Assembly (NCBI GenBank): GCA_019429045.1
Contig: JAHYJL010000001.1
Coordinates: 1,588-65,587 of the forward strand
Direction of reading: 5' to 3'
Origin: Bacteroidales bacterium
GTDB lineage: Bacteria > Bacteroidota > Bacteroidia > Bacteroidales > JAGOPY01
DNA: 64,000 nucleotides
The notes beneath the pieces are model-generated. The model ran no database searches and was not told the origin of the DNA. It saw only the letters and a program-made list of their open reading frames with translations. The stretch's first letter is position 1. Each line of letters starts with the position of its first letter. Positions 30,885 to 40,435 of this stretch are shown here, piece after piece. The position numbers and the translations under genes were made by a program.

Positions 30885-33380
30885 ATGAAAAATTTTGTTA
30901 CTAAACAGTTAATTTTTCTGATTTTCCTGTCAGGCTTGTTTGGGTCATCACTAGCCCAGGAATTCCTTCCCGCCCTGAATGACAATTACATGGGCATTAA
31001 CCAGGCTACTTTGCAGCCCGGAGCTATCGCCGACAGCCGATTTAAGATAGATGTTAATTTTTTCGGCTTTAATAGTGATATATACAATAATATGATCCGC
31101 TTCAAATCAGCCGGACTGGTCAATCCATACAAAATATTTACCGAGGATGACTGGTGGGATGAAAACAGCTACCTGGCCGATCCGGACGGTAAAGATAAAA
31201 GCGCCATATTCAACCAGACACTGCTGGGATTATCCTTTCTTGTTACCATCGACCAGAAACAAGCGGTGGGTTTCACTTTCCGGACACGAAACATCATAAA
31301 TGTTGATGATGTCAGCGAGCCCCTGGCCAGGTCTATTTACGGTGACTTCAAATATTCCGAGTATTGGCAGAAGTGGTATTACGATGAAAACCTGCGGGCA
31401 GTCAACCACATCTTCACCGATTATGGTCTGACATATGCCAGGGAGGTGTTTGACCTCGGGGTTAATTATCTGAAGGCCGGTCTTACGGTGAAACTGCTGC
31501 AGGGGATTGGCGGGGCTTATGTGCAGGCAGATGACTTCTATTACTATTTCTATAACCAGAATAACAATCCCGAAGATGCCGACTATATGTCCTGGAATTC
31601 CCCCTATGTCAATTCCGGTGTTTCCGACAACTGGAACTGGGGATCGAACGAAAACAGCAAGTATGAAAGTGATTTCATGTATGCGTTTACAGCGAAACCT
31701 TCCGTCGGGCTCGACCTGGGGGTTGTCTATGAATTCCGGCCAAAGTATAAGAATTACCGGTATGATATGGACGGAGAGACCAACCTGATAAGAAAGGATC
31801 AGAACAAATACATGCTGAAAGTAGGTGTATCTGTCCTGGATATCGGACGATTGAGGTATGAAAAAGCCTATAGCAGCCAGGATTTTACCGCAGGTTTTAC
31901 CCCAGATTACCTGCAGCGTTATCAGAGCAGCAACAATGCCGTGCCGGGAAGCACCCACTGGATGGACATCGAGGAGGTGAACTTTGGCTTTCCACCTTAC
32001 GTGAACTTTGCCGATACGGTATACCGCAGGATACAACTTGACCAGGGTATTACCAAGGGAAATGAAAACAAGGAAGACTTCACCATCAAACTGCCGACGG
32101 CTTTCAGCCTGCAGGTCGACTTAAACATTTTCCAGGGGCTATACCTCAACCTGACCACTTTTACGGCACTTAACCAGGGTTTTTCCAAAGCGGGAAATTC
32201 GCATTATATCTCCAATTACAGCCTCACCCCGAGGTATGAGCACAAGTGGTTCGGCGCCATGCTGCCCATGTATTTCAACCAGTACCAGAAATTTAACATG
32301 GGGATCGGGCTGCGCGCCGCCTTCGTCTATTTCGGGATCAATAACCTGTTCACGGGATTATTCGATGATCCTTACGGCTCAAGTATTTACCTGGGTGTCA
32401 AGATTCCCATCTGGTATAGTAAACCCCCGAAAGATCTTGATAATGATGGCGTTTCGGATAAGCTTGACAATTGTCCGACCGTTCCCGGGCCGTGGGAGTT
32501 CAGGGGATGCCCCGACAGGGATGGGGATGGAGTCCCGGATCATGAAGATGAATGTCCAGATATTCCGGGGCTGAAGGAATTCAAGGGCTGTCCCGACAGG
32601 GATGGGGATGGCATCCCTGACAAGGATGACCTGTGTCCCGATGAACCAGGGCCCAAGACAACCCAGGGCTGTCCCGACAGGGATGGGGATGGAGTCCCGG
32701 ATTACCTGGACGAATGTCCCGACGATCCAGGCCCTGCCAGCCTGAATGGCTGTCCCGACAGGGATGGGGATGGTGTCCCGGACCATAAGGACCTTTGCCC
32801 GGATGTGGCCGGTAAAATAGAATACGGCGGCTGTCCGTTCCTTGACACAGACGGTGATGGGGTGAGAGATGAAGATGATATGTGCCCGACCATACCTGGC
32901 CCTGCCGAAAACAGGGGCTGCCCATGGCCCGACACCGACGGGGACGGCATTCCCGATCACCTCGATAAGTGCCCCCTGACCCCCGGCCCGCCGGAAAATA
33001 ACGGCTGCCCGATCATCGAGGAAAAAGAACAGGAAATCATTAAAACTGCCTTTGAAAACCTCGAATTTGAAACCGGCAAGGCGGTGATCCGTTCCTCTTC
33101 ATTTGCATCGCTCAACGAACTGGCTACCTTGCTGATCAGCAAACCCACGTGGAAAATACAGATCTCCGGGCATACCGATAGTGTGGGTAGCGATGAAGCC
33201 AACATGAAGCTTTCCAAAGACCGTTCACAATCGACGGCGAAATACCTGGAAGGCCGGGGCGTTGCACCCAGCCGGCTGATCACCGAATGGTTCGGCGAAA
33301 CCAGACCGATAGCCGACAATGACACGCCTGAAGGCCGCCAGAAGAATAGAAGGGTGGAAATGCAGATCGTGTTTGAATAA
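30885..33380 (+). CDS. OmpA-family outer-membrane protein with thrombospondin type-3 Ca-binding repeats
   Basis: Signal peptide and barrel-like N-terminal half. About 8 repeats of the CPDRDGDGVPDxxDxCP type, followed by a C-terminal OmpA domain (...HTDSVGS...NRRVE...). Confidence 0.85.
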   Translation: MKNFVTKQLIFLIFLSGLFGSSLAQEFLPALNDNYMGINQATLQPGAIADSRFKIDVNFFGFNSDIYNNMIRFKSAGLVNPYKIFTEDDWWDENSYLADPDGKDKSAIFNQTLLGLSFLVTIDQKQAVGFTFRTRNIINVDDVSEPLARSIYGDFKYSEYWQKWYYDENLRAVNHIFTDYGLTYAREVFDLGVNYLKAGLTVKLLQGIGGAYVQADDFYYYFYNQNNNPEDADYMSWNSPYVNSGVSDNWNWGSNENSKYESDFMYAFTAKPSVGLDLGVVYEFRPKYKNYRYDMDGETNLIRKDQNKYMLKVGVSVLDIGRLRYEKAYSSQDFTAGFTPDYLQRYQSSNNAVPGSTHWMDIEEVNFGFPPYVNFADTVYRRIQLDQGITKGNENKEDFTIKLPTAFSLQVDLNIFQGLYLNLTTFTALNQGFSKAGNSHYISNYSLTPRYEHKWFGAMLPMYFNQYQKFNMGIGLRAAFVYFGINNLFTGLFDDPYGSSIYLGVKIPIWYSKPPKDLDNDGVSDKLDNCPTVPGPWEFRGCPDRDGDGVPDHEDECPDIPGLKEFKGCPDRDGDGIPDKDDLCPDEPGPKTTQGCPDRDGDGVPDYLDECPDDPGPASLNGCPDRDGDGVPDHKDLCPDVAGKIEYGGCPFLDTDGDGVRDEDDMCPTIPGPAENRGCPWPDTDGDGIPDHLDKCPLTPGPPENNGCPIIEEKEQEIIKTAFENLEFETGKAVIRSSSFASLNELATLLISKPTWKIQISGHTDSVGSDEANMKLSKDRSQSTAKYLEGRGVAPSRLITEWFGETRPIADNDTPEGRQKNRRVEMQIVFE

Positions 33381-33407
33381 TTTATTTCTAACAGCTTGAT
33401 ATTCAAT

Positions 33408-33446
33408 AAAAATCCATCCCGGTGAACATTGGGATGGATTTTTTGT
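33408..33446 (+). terminator. Rho-independent terminator after the OmpA-family gene
   Basis: AAAAATCCATCCC-ggtgaacatt-GGGATGGATTTTTTG: a stem of at least 10 bp followed by a T-run. Confidence 0.75.
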
Positions 33447-33447
33447 T

Positions 33448-33455
33448 TACCTTTG
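33448..33455 (+). promoter_or_regulatory. Candidate -7 box (TACCTTTG)
   Basis: TAnnTTTG match upstream of the MltF-like gene. Confidence 0.3.
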
Positions 33456-33560
33456 CAGCCCTGTACAATAATAACAGTACAGGTGAGTTAATACAGCCAT
33501 GAATGTAACAAATACTCGTTTAATTACGTAAAAGGCTGATGTTGAACGAAAAATGATTAA

Positions 33561-35036
33561 ATGAAGGTATTAAAATTCAAATTCATACCGATCCCGATAC
33601 TACCCAACCTCTTTTTCCTGATCCTTACTACACTCTTCTTAACCTCCTGCCTCGACAGTCACCGGGATAAACTCAACCGGGCCCTTGCGGATGATGGTTC
33701 AGTGAAGCGCTGTCGAATCCAGGAGATCCAGGAAAGAGGAAGACTGGTTGCCATAACGGATATGAACACTACCGATTATTTCGTATTCCGTGGCGAACCG
33801 ATGGGTTACCAGTTTGAGAAACTAAAGATGTTCGCCGATTTCCTGGGCGTAGATCTTGAAATCAAGCTCAGCAACAACCTGGATGAAGCTTTCCGCAAGC
33901 TGGACAAAGGCGATGCCGACCTTATTGCCATGGGTATAACGATAACCCTCAACGGTCCGGATTTTGTTGAATTCACCGACCCCATCATGCAAACCCGGCA
34001 AATGCTGGTGCAGCGCAAACCAGATAACTGGCGGAAAATGAGGAGCTGGGACGAGATCGAAAATGCCCTGGTCAGGAATCCGATCGACCTGGCAGGTAAA
34101 ACTGTCCATGTCCCCAAAAATTCCCCCTTTGCCAGCCGGCTGAAAAACCTGTCAGAGGAGATCGGTCAGCCGGTTGATATCAGGGAAGAGCGGGACCGGA
34201 AAACAGAACAACTGGTGGAGGCCGTTGCCAACGGAGAACTCGGTTATACGGTCTGCAATGAACATACTGCGCTGCTTTTTGAAAGGATGTACCCCGAACT
34301 GGATATCCGGACAGCCATCAGTTTCCCGCAAAACCTGGCCTGGGCCGTCAGGGAGGATTCCGACAGCCTCCGGGTAACCATCAACCAGTGGCTCCGGGAA
34401 TTCAACCAGAGCGCTGCCTCCAGGTTCCTGATAGAGAAGTACTTTAATTCCACGCGAATGGCTTTTATGGCCAGAAGCGAATATGCTTCCTATAACCAGG
34501 GCAAAATATCGGCGTATGATGAACTATTGAGAAATATGTCGAGAAAATACAATCTCGACTGGCGGCTGGTAGCCTCGCTGATCTACCAGGAATCGCAATT
34601 CAATCCCGATGCCAGGTCGTGGAAAGGGGCGTTTGGCCTGATGCAAATGATGCCCGCCACAGCAGCCATTTTTGGAATTGACACGAACTCGACCGCGACG
34701 GAACAACTCGAAGCCGGTATCCGTTATATCAAGGCCCTGGATCGGGAATTACCCGCGGAGATCAAAAATCCCAATGAAAGGATCAAGTTCATCCTGGCTT
34801 CTTATAATGTCGGTATCGCCCACGTTTACGACGCCCGCAGGCTGGCTGAGAAAAACGGCCATGATCCGAATGTCTGGTCAGGGAATGTCGATTTTTATAT
34901 CCTGAACAAATCAAACCCGGCTTATTACAGGGATTCGGTGGTGCGTTACGGCTACGCGCGCGGTGAAGAAACCTACAACTTCGTGATCGAGATCCTCGCT
35001 CGGTTTGAGCATTACAAGAACGTTATCAATGATTGA
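33561..35036 (+). CDS. MltF-like lytic transglycosylase (solute-binding domain plus SLT domain)
   Basis: 491 aa ORF with SLT motif ...YQESQFNPDARSWKGAFGLMQMMP.... Confidence 0.85.
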   Translation: MKVLKFKFIPIPILPNLFFLILTTLFLTSCLDSHRDKLNRALADDGSVKRCRIQEIQERGRLVAITDMNTTDYFVFRGEPMGYQFEKLKMFADFLGVDLEIKLSNNLDEAFRKLDKGDADLIAMGITITLNGPDFVEFTDPIMQTRQMLVQRKPDNWRKMRSWDEIENALVRNPIDLAGKTVHVPKNSPFASRLKNLSEEIGQPVDIREERDRKTEQLVEAVANGELGYTVCNEHTALLFERMYPELDIRTAISFPQNLAWAVREDSDSLRVTINQWLREFNQSAASRFLIEKYFNSTRMAFMARSEYASYNQGKISAYDELLRNMSRKYNLDWRLVASLIYQESQFNPDARSWKGAFGLMQMMPATAAIFGIDTNSTATEQLEAGIRYIKALDRELPAEIKNPNERIKFILASYNVGIAHVYDARRLAEKNGHDPNVWSGNVDFYILNKSNPAYYRDSVVRYGYARGEETYNFVIEILARFEHYKNVIND

Positions 35037-35037
35037 A

Positions 35038-35117
35038 GATTTACAGTTTACGATTTACAATCTAAAATCTGACTTTAAGAATTAAAATTCAAGATTTTAG
35101 ATCGTAAACTGTAAATC
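35038..35117. terminator. Long bipartite hairpin spanning the convergent spacer
   Basis: GATTTACAGTTTACGAT (35038..35054) is the perfect reverse complement of 35101..35117. A second pairing joins ATCTAAAATC (35060..35069) to 35093..35102. The structure runs from stop codon to stop codon. Confidence 0.45.
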
Positions 35118-35642
35118 CTAGATCATCTCAAATTCCGCTTTTATCTGTTTCACCCATTTCTCAACCCGTTCATCGGTCAGTTCTTTCTGATAGTCAAGGT
35201 CGAGGGCGAGACCGTAGAACATATCGTTTTCCACTGATTCAGACTCCTGGAAATCATAGCCTTCCGTCGGCCACCAGCCTTTGTGCACGGCCCCCTGCTT
35301 TTCAAACATCTCCTTCAGAAAGGTCATCCCATCGACAAAATGATTCGGGTAAAGCACCTGGTCGCCCAGTCCGAACAAGGCAAAGGGCTTGCCTTCTAAC
35401 TCCGCTTTTTCAATCTTGGCAAAGAAACCGGTCCAGCGCGTCTTATGCGCCTGTCCCCAGCTATCGGCGCCGGTGGTGCTCCCGCCGATGATGAAAGCAT
35501 CGTACAGCGCGAACTCCGCCGTGTTGATCTCCGTAATGGTGAAAATATCGATGATATCTTTATCAAACTTCGAATAGATCTTATACGCAGCCTCTTCCGT
35601 ATTGCCTTTCTTAGGCCAGTAAACCAAAGCGATTTTTTTCAT
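35118..35642 (-). CDS. fldA: Flavodoxin (long-chain)
   Basis: 174 aa ORF beginning MKKIALVYWPKKGNTE.... Confidence 0.85.
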   Translation of the reverse strand: MKKIALVYWPKKGNTEEAAYKIYSKFDKDIIDIFTITEINTAEFALYDAFIIGGSTTGADSWGQAHKTRWTGFFAKIEKAELEGKPFALFGLGDQVLYPNHFVDGMTFLKEMFEKQGAVHKGWWPTEGYDFQESESVENDMFYGLALDLDYQKELTDERVEKWVKQIKAEFEMI

Positions 35643-35686
35643 GGGATTGGTGTTTTAAGAATGCAAAGTTAGGAAAAAGATGCGAA

Positions 35687-35703
35687 CAGGGACTCCATCC
35701 CCT
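35687..35703. repeat. Intergenic copy of the iterated word (CAGGGACTCCATCCCCT)
   Basis: Lies between the flavodoxin start and the stop of the epimerase gene. Confidence 0.9.
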
Positions 35704-35721
35704 TTGAACGACCGCCGGCCT

Positions 35722-36732
35722 TCACCTTCCTTCCATAAAAATTTTACAAAAATGCCGGATTGTTTCCTCAATGGGGATGTATTCGAAATCCAGCGCCTGC
35801 CGGATCTTTTGACTGGAATATTCATACCGCTGTACGGCGGTGCGGGCCGTTTCGCGGGTTACCAGTGGCTTGCGGCCCCTGATCCCCGACAGCACCTTCT
35901 CCACACGCCAGCTAAGTCCTGCAAGCAGCGGGCTGATCCCGATCTGCGGCCCTTTCTTTCCGAAACCTTCCGCGATCAGGTCGAACAGCCGCTTATAGGT
36001 CACATTTTCGGTGTTCAGGATGAAGCTTTCGTTGCGGATATCGCTATCCATTAGTAAAACCATCGCCCGGACCACGTCGCGAACATCCACAAAGCCATTC
36101 TGCCCCGGGGGATAGAACTTCAGGCCTTCCCACACCACGTTGAACAACCTTGAACTGCCCATCGACAGGCCCGCCACTCCCACGATCACCGAAGGATTCA
36201 CCACCACCGCCTTCAGCCCCTCTGCCACACCGCGCCACACCTCCCGCTCCGCCCCGTATTTGCTGATGGCATAGTTGGAATTGTTCTTCGATGTCTTCCA
36301 GACCAGGTTCTCATCGATCACCTCATTCTGTTTTTCCGGCCGCCCCAGCGCTGCAATAGAAGACACATGGATTAGCTTGCGGATGTTTTTCTCCAGGGCC
36401 GCATTCACCACGTTGGCCGTCCCCTCTACATTGATGCGCATCAGGCTTTTCCGGTCGCCGGGCAGAAAGGAAACCAGTGCAGCGCAGTGATACACCTGTT
36501 CCACGCCCTCCATGGCGTCCTCCAGGGAGAAAATGTCAAGTATATCGCCGTCCACCCATTCGATCCGGCTGAATAGATCGCCGGCATTTTCTGCATAGCG
36601 GCCAAACACATTCCGGATCATGGTCAGATCGGATGCCGGGCGCTTCAATGCCCGCACTGTTTTGGCGTTCTTCAGCAGTCCGAGGGTTAGGAATGAGCCG
36701 ACAAGGCCCGTGGCACCGGTTACTAAAATCAT
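35722..36732 (-). CDS. NAD-dependent epimerase/dehydratase family (SDR) protein
   Basis: 336 aa ORF with Rossmann motif MILVTGATGLVG. Confidence 0.8.
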   Translation of the reverse strand: MILVTGATGLVGSFLTLGLLKNAKTVRALKRPASDLTMIRNVFGRYAENAGDLFSRIEWVDGDILDIFSLEDAMEGVEQVYHCAALVSFLPGDRKSLMRINVEGTANVVNAALEKNIRKLIHVSSIAALGRPEKQNEVIDENLVWKTSKNNSNYAISKYGAEREVWRGVAEGLKAVVVNPSVIVGVAGLSMGSSRLFNVVWEGLKFYPPGQNGFVDVRDVVRAMVLLMDSDIRNESFILNTENVTYKRLFDLIAEGFGKKGPQIGISPLLAGLSWRVEKVLSGIRGRKPLVTRETARTAVQRYEYSSQKIRQALDFEYIPIEETIRHFCKIFMEGR

Positions 36733-36801
36733 TCTGTAAAATTAGAAAAATCCTGCTTTTTATTATTAACCGCCCCAGTTCATAAAAAAGCATATAATCA
36801 C

Positions 36802-36809
36802 TAAATTTG
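36802..36809 (+). promoter_or_regulatory. Candidate -7 box (TAAATTTG)
   Basis: TAnnTTTG match 17 nt upstream of the tyrS ATG. Confidence 0.3.
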
Positions 36810-36825
36810 CCGCAAATACACACCC

Positions 36826-38103
36826 ATGAACTTCATCGACGAGCTCCGCCGGCGCGGGATGGTCCACGATATGACCCCGGAAATTCACGATCTCTTCAAA
36901 ACCGGCGAAATGGTCACTGCTTATGTCGGCATCGATCCCACAGCCGATTCTCTGCACATCGGCCACCTGGTGGGCATTATGATGCTGAAGCACCTGCAGC
37001 TGGCCGGCCACAAACCGCTGGCCCTCATCGGCGGCGCCACCGGTATGATCGGCGACCCTTCCGGCAAATCTGAGGAAAGAAACCTGCTCAGCGAGGATAC
37101 GATCCGCCATAACCAGGACTGCATCCGGAAACAACTGGCCAAACTGCTGGACTTCGACAGCGGGAAAAACGCCGCGGAAATGGTGAACAATTACGACTGG
37201 ATGAAGGAATTCAGCTTTCTGGGCTTTGTGCGCGACGTGGGCAAGCACATCACCGTGAACTACATGATGGCCAAGGATTCGGTCAAAAAGCGCCTTGAAA
37301 CGGGGATCTCTTTCACCGAATTCACCTATCAGCTCGTACAGGGCTACGATTTTCTCTACCTGTATGAGCACAATAACTGCAAGCTGCAAATGGGCGGTTC
37401 CGACCAGTGGGGCAATATCACCACCGGCACCGAGCTGATCCGTCGCAAAACCGGTGGCGACGCCTACGCCCTCACCTGCCCGCTGATCACCAAAGCCGAC
37501 GGCGGCAAGTTCGGCAAAACCGAAGAGGGAAATGTCTGGCTCGACCCGGCCCGCACATCTCCCTATAAATTCTACCAGTTCTGGCTGAATACTTCCGATG
37601 AAGACGCAGAGAAATATATCAAAATCTTCACCCTTTATTCTCATGCCGAAATTGAGCAGATGGTAACCCGGCACAAGGAGGCGCCGCACCTTCGCGAACT
37701 GCAGAAAGCCCTGGCCCAAGACCTCACCTGCCGCGTCCACTGCGAAGACGATTACCAGGCTTCCGTCGAATCATCCGCCATCCTGTTCGGCGCCGGGACT
37801 ACCGAAACGCTGAAAAACCTTTCTGAAGAGCTGTTCCTTTCCGTATTTGAAGGCGTGCCGCAAAGTGAAATATCCAAAGAAAAGCTCACCGCCGGCATCC
37901 CGGTCATCGAATTCCTGGCTGATGAAACAGGCATCTTCCCTTCCCGCGGCGAAGCGCGAAGGACCATTAAGGAAAATGCGCTTTCCATCAATAAGCAGAA
38001 GGTCGGGGATGATAAGATTGTCGGAACGGATGATTTGCTGAACGGTAAATATATTCTGGTTCAAAAAGGGAAGAAGAACTACTTTCTGGTTATCGTGAAG
38101 TGA
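36826..38103 (+). CDS. tyrS: Tyrosine--tRNA ligase
   Basis: 425 aa ORF with HIGH (..LHIGHL..) and KFGKT motifs and a C-terminal S4 domain. Confidence 0.97.
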   Translation: MNFIDELRRRGMVHDMTPEIHDLFKTGEMVTAYVGIDPTADSLHIGHLVGIMMLKHLQLAGHKPLALIGGATGMIGDPSGKSEERNLLSEDTIRHNQDCIRKQLAKLLDFDSGKNAAEMVNNYDWMKEFSFLGFVRDVGKHITVNYMMAKDSVKKRLETGISFTEFTYQLVQGYDFLYLYEHNNCKLQMGGSDQWGNITTGTELIRRKTGGDAYALTCPLITKADGGKFGKTEEGNVWLDPARTSPYKFYQFWLNTSDEDAEKYIKIFTLYSHAEIEQMVTRHKEAPHLRELQKALAQDLTCRVHCEDDYQASVESSAILFGAGTTETLKNLSEELFLSVFEGVPQSEISKEKLTAGIPVIEFLADETGIFPSRGEARRTIKENALSINKQKVGDDKIVGTDDLLNGKYILVQKGKKNYFLVIVK

Positions 38104-38105
38104 TT

Positions 38106-38152
38106 TTCACCACAGATTTCTCAGATTAACACAGATTCAGCACAGATTAACG
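38106..38152 (+). repeat. CACAGAT-word element, copy 2
   Basis: TTCACCACAGATTTCTCAGATTAACACAGATTCAGCACAGATTAACG, starting 3 nt after the tyrS stop codon. Confidence 0.9.
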
Positions 38153-38178
38153 AAAACTCAGAACTCAGAACTCAAAAT
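38153..38178. repeat. (AACTCAG) heptamer array, about 3.5 units
   Basis: Same unit family as the arrays at 42514 and (reverse complement) 10757. Confidence 0.85.
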
Positions 38179-38193
38179 TTAATGAGTCCCCAA

Positions 38194-38224
38194 CTAAAAC
38201 CTTAAAACTCAAACCTTAAACCTA
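38194..38224. repeat. (AACCTTAA/AACTCAA) word array
   Basis: CTAAAACCTTAAAACTCAAACCTTAAACCTA, running into the cysS stop codon. Confidence 0.75.
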
Positions 38225-39712
38225 CTCCGCCATCTCCCAGCTCGCCCCTTCCTTCCCATCCTTAATCTGAATATTGATCTTCAACAGCTTGTCCCGGATC
38301 TGGTCTGAAGTGGCGAAATCTTTCTTCGCCCTTGCTTCGGCCCGGATATCGATGATGGTCCCCATCAGGCCGTTGATAATCTCGTCCTTCTTCCCCGATT
38401 GTTCCTCCGGCACCAGGCCGAGGATATCCACCAGGAAGGTGCGGTAAGTCTGGGCCAATACAACCATATCATTTTCCGGCAACTTCTCCTTGCCCTCCTT
38501 CACCGCGTTGATGATCCGCAACGCTTCAAACAACTGCGCGATTACCACCGTGCTGTTGAAGTCGTCGTTCATGGCAGCGTAGCAGGCAGCGCTTACCTCA
38601 CACCCTGGCCCCCTCTCCAATTGGAGAGGGGGAACAGGGGGCCGGGGGGTTAAGGGGGTGAGGCACTGGAGCCCCGCGAGCAATCTTCGCAGTCCTTTCT
38701 CGCTCGCCTGCAGCGCTTCGTTGGAGAAATCGACCGTGCCGCGGTAATGGGCCTGCAGGATGAAGAACCGGATCGTCATCGGGCTGTAGGCCTTTTCGAG
38801 CAACGGGTGGTTGCCGGTGAAGAACTCTTCCAGGGAAACGGCGTTCCCCAGCGATTTGCCCATCTTCTGCCCGTTGATGGTGATCATGTTGTTGTGCATC
38901 CAGTATTTCACCGGCATCTTATCGTTCGCAGCTACTGACTGTGCGATTTCCGACTCATGGTGCGGGAAAAGCAGGTCCATTCCCCCGCCGTGAATATCGA
39001 ACTGCTCGCCCAGGTATTTGGTGCCCATGGCTGAGCACTCCAGGTGCCAGCCGGGGTAGCCTTCGCCCCAGGGGGAAGGCCAGCGCATGATGTGCTCGGG
39101 CGTGGCCTTTTTCCATAAAGCGAAATCAAAGCTGCTCTTCTTCTCCTCCTGCCCTTCCAGTTCGCGGGTGTAAGCCAGCAGCTCATCCACCTTACGCCCC
39201 GAAAGAACCCCGTAAGGATGCTTTTTGTTGTATTTTTCTATATCGAAATAAATGGAACCGTTTCGCTCATAGGCAAAACCGGCGTCCAGTATCTTCCGGA
39301 TCATCCCGATCTGTTCGATGATATGGCCCGAAGCGTGCGGCTCGATGCTGGGATGCAGCACGTTCATCATCCCCATCGCTTCATGGTATCGGTTTGCATA
39401 ATACTGCACCACCTCCATCGGCTCAAGCTGCTCCAGGCGCGCCATTTTGCCGATCTTGTCATCACCCGCGTCGGCATCGCCTTCCAGATGGCCGACATCG
39501 GTAATGTTCCGCACATACCTGACTTTATAGCCGATGTGTTGCAAATAACGGAATACCAGGTCGAAGGTGACGGCCGGCCGCGCATGCCCCAGGTGCGGAT
39601 CACCGTAAACCGTAGGTCCGCAAACATACATGCCGACATGCGGAGGGCTGAGCGGCTCGAAAAGCTCTTTCTTCCGAGTCAGGGAGTTGTGGATGAAGAG
39701 ATTGTTTTCCAT
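38222..39712 (-). CDS. cysS: Cysteine--tRNA ligase
   Basis: The conserved sequence starts at [18 protein letters not shown] (ATG at 39712; the track ORF extends upstream to 39820). HIGH-type (PHLGHAR) and KMSKS-like (KMGKS) motifs are present. Confidence 0.95.
   Translation of the reverse strand: MENNLFIHNSLTRKKELFEPLSPPHVGMYVCGPTVYGDPHLGHARPAVTFDLVFRYLQHIGYKVRYVRNITDVGHLEGDADAGDDKIGKMARLEQLEPMEVVQYYANRYHEAMGMMNVLHPSIEPHASGHIIEQIGMIRKILDAGFAYERNGSIYFDIEKYNKKHPYGVLSGRKVDELLAYTRELEGQEEKKSSFDFALWKKATPEHIMRWPSPWGEGYPGWHLECSAMGTKYLGEQFDIHGGGMDLLFPHHESEIAQSVAANDKMPVKYWMHNNMITINGQKMGKSLGNAVSLEEFFTGNHPLLEKAYSPMTIRFFILQAHYRGTVDFSNEALQASEKGLRRLLAGLQCLTPLTPRPPVPPLQLERGPGCEVSAACYAAMNDDFNSTVVIAQLFEALRIINAVKEGKEKLPENDMVVLAQTYRTFLVDILGLVPEEQSGKKDEIINGLMGTIIDIRAEARAKKDFATSDQIRDKLLKINIQIKDGKEGASWEMAE
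38609..38658. other. 24 nt perfect palindrome plus four G5-6 tracts embedded in frame in cysS
   Basis: CCCCCTCTCCAATTGGAGAGGGGG occupies 38609..38632. G-tracts lie at 38628-32, 38637-41, 38644-49 and 38654-58, with loops AACA, CC and TTAA. Confidence 0.9.
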
Positions 39713-39810
39713 TATTGACTTGATCTTAGGGCAAAAGTAGTGAATCTCTTCCTTTTTATTAACAGTATCGGGTATAAATGAAGCTTTTCCGGTATTAATG
39801 GATATCGTGT

Positions 39811-39854
39811 TTAACCACAAAGGGCACGAAGGGTTTTCACGAAGGACACAAAGG
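39811..39854. repeat. Left inverted-repeat arm flanking the GxxExxY gene
   Basis: TTAACCACAAAGGGCACGAAGGGTTTTCACGAAGGACACAAAGG, built of CACRAAGG words. Confidence 0.9.
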
Positions 39855-39885
39855 AATACTCATATAATTTAAGAAAGGAGTAAGT

Positions 39886-40257
39886 ATGATAGATGAAGTG
39901 ATATTTAAGAAAACTTTGGATTGTGCTTTTAAAGTTCACAGTTCATTAGGTCCGGGATTATTAGAAAGTTCCTATGAAGAGTGTCTTTATTATGAACTGA
40001 AAGCAATGGGATTGATGGTGGAAAAACAAAAGCCTATGCCATTGGTTTATAATAATGTGCATCTTGATATTGGCTACCGAATTGATTTGATTGTAGAGAA
40101 TTCTGTGATTGTTGAGATAAAATCAGTCGAGGCAGTAAATGCAGTTCATTATGCTCAATTATTGACTTATATGAAACTGTCCCGTTGCCGTTTGGGATTA
40201 TTGGTAAATTTCAATGTTGCACATTTGAAAGAAGGAATAAAGCGATTAATTCTTTAA
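39886..40257 (+). CDS. GxxExxY family protein
   Basis: 123 aa ORF with ...GPGLLESSYEECLYYEL... (GxxExxY). An AAGGAG lies 8 nt before the ATG. Confidence 0.8.
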   Translation: MIDEVIFKKTLDCAFKVHSSLGPGLLESSYEECLYYELKAMGLMVEKQKPMPLVYNNVHLDIGYRIDLIVENSVIVEIKSVEAVNAVHYAQLLTYMKLSRCRLGLLVNFNVAHLKEGIKRLIL

Positions 40258-40262
40258 TAAAT

Positions 40263-40307
40263 CCTTGGTGTTCCTTGGTGAAAACCCTTCGTGCCCTTTG
40301 TGGTTAA
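40263..40307. repeat. Right inverted-repeat arm flanking the GxxExxY gene
   Basis: The reverse complement is TTAACCACAAAGGGCACGAAGGGTTTTCACCAAGGAACACCAAGG. Its first 30 nt are identical to the left arm. Confidence 0.9.
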
Positions 40308-40367
40308 ATAAGAAGGAGATAAAAGAATCTTTTTTAATTACACATATCACATTAGTTTAATATTAAC

Positions 40368-40375
40368 TACCTTTG
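40368..40375 (+). promoter_or_regulatory. Candidate -7 box (TACCTTTG)
   Basis: TAnnTTTG match about 60 nt upstream of the EF-G start. Confidence 0.35.
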
Positions 40376-40397
40376 CACCCCGTTTTAAAATCCCTGA

Positions 40398-40426
40398 CTT
40401 AAACCTTAACCCTTAAACCTCAAAAC
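40398..40426. repeat. (TTAAACC/TTAACCC) heptamer array, about 4 units
   Basis: CTTAAACCTTAACCCTTAAACCTCAAAAC. The words are related to those at 38194..38224. Confidence 0.75.
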
Positions 40427-40435
40427 TTTACAAAA

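Noticed and set aside
32500-32960. GGGATGGAGTCCC at 32524 and 32686 as further copies of the iterated word
   Set aside because: These copies lie in the thrombospondin type-3 repeats, where D-G-D-G-V-P-D is a conserved Ca-binding peptide repeated about 8 times. The match may simply reflect codon choice for a protein motif, so they were not counted as independent copies.
36766-37740. 324-aa ORF antisense to tyrS, with similar long antisense ORFs at 11975..12664 (aspS), 41408..42127 (EF-G), 15358..15930, 16392..16964, 17105..17689, 19521..20108, 27565..28326, 28326..28919 and 31230..32036
   Set aside because: Each lies entirely opposite a gene with unmistakable family conservation. Each also has a biased, Arg/His/Gly-rich composition typical of shadow frames. 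No independent motif was recognisable.
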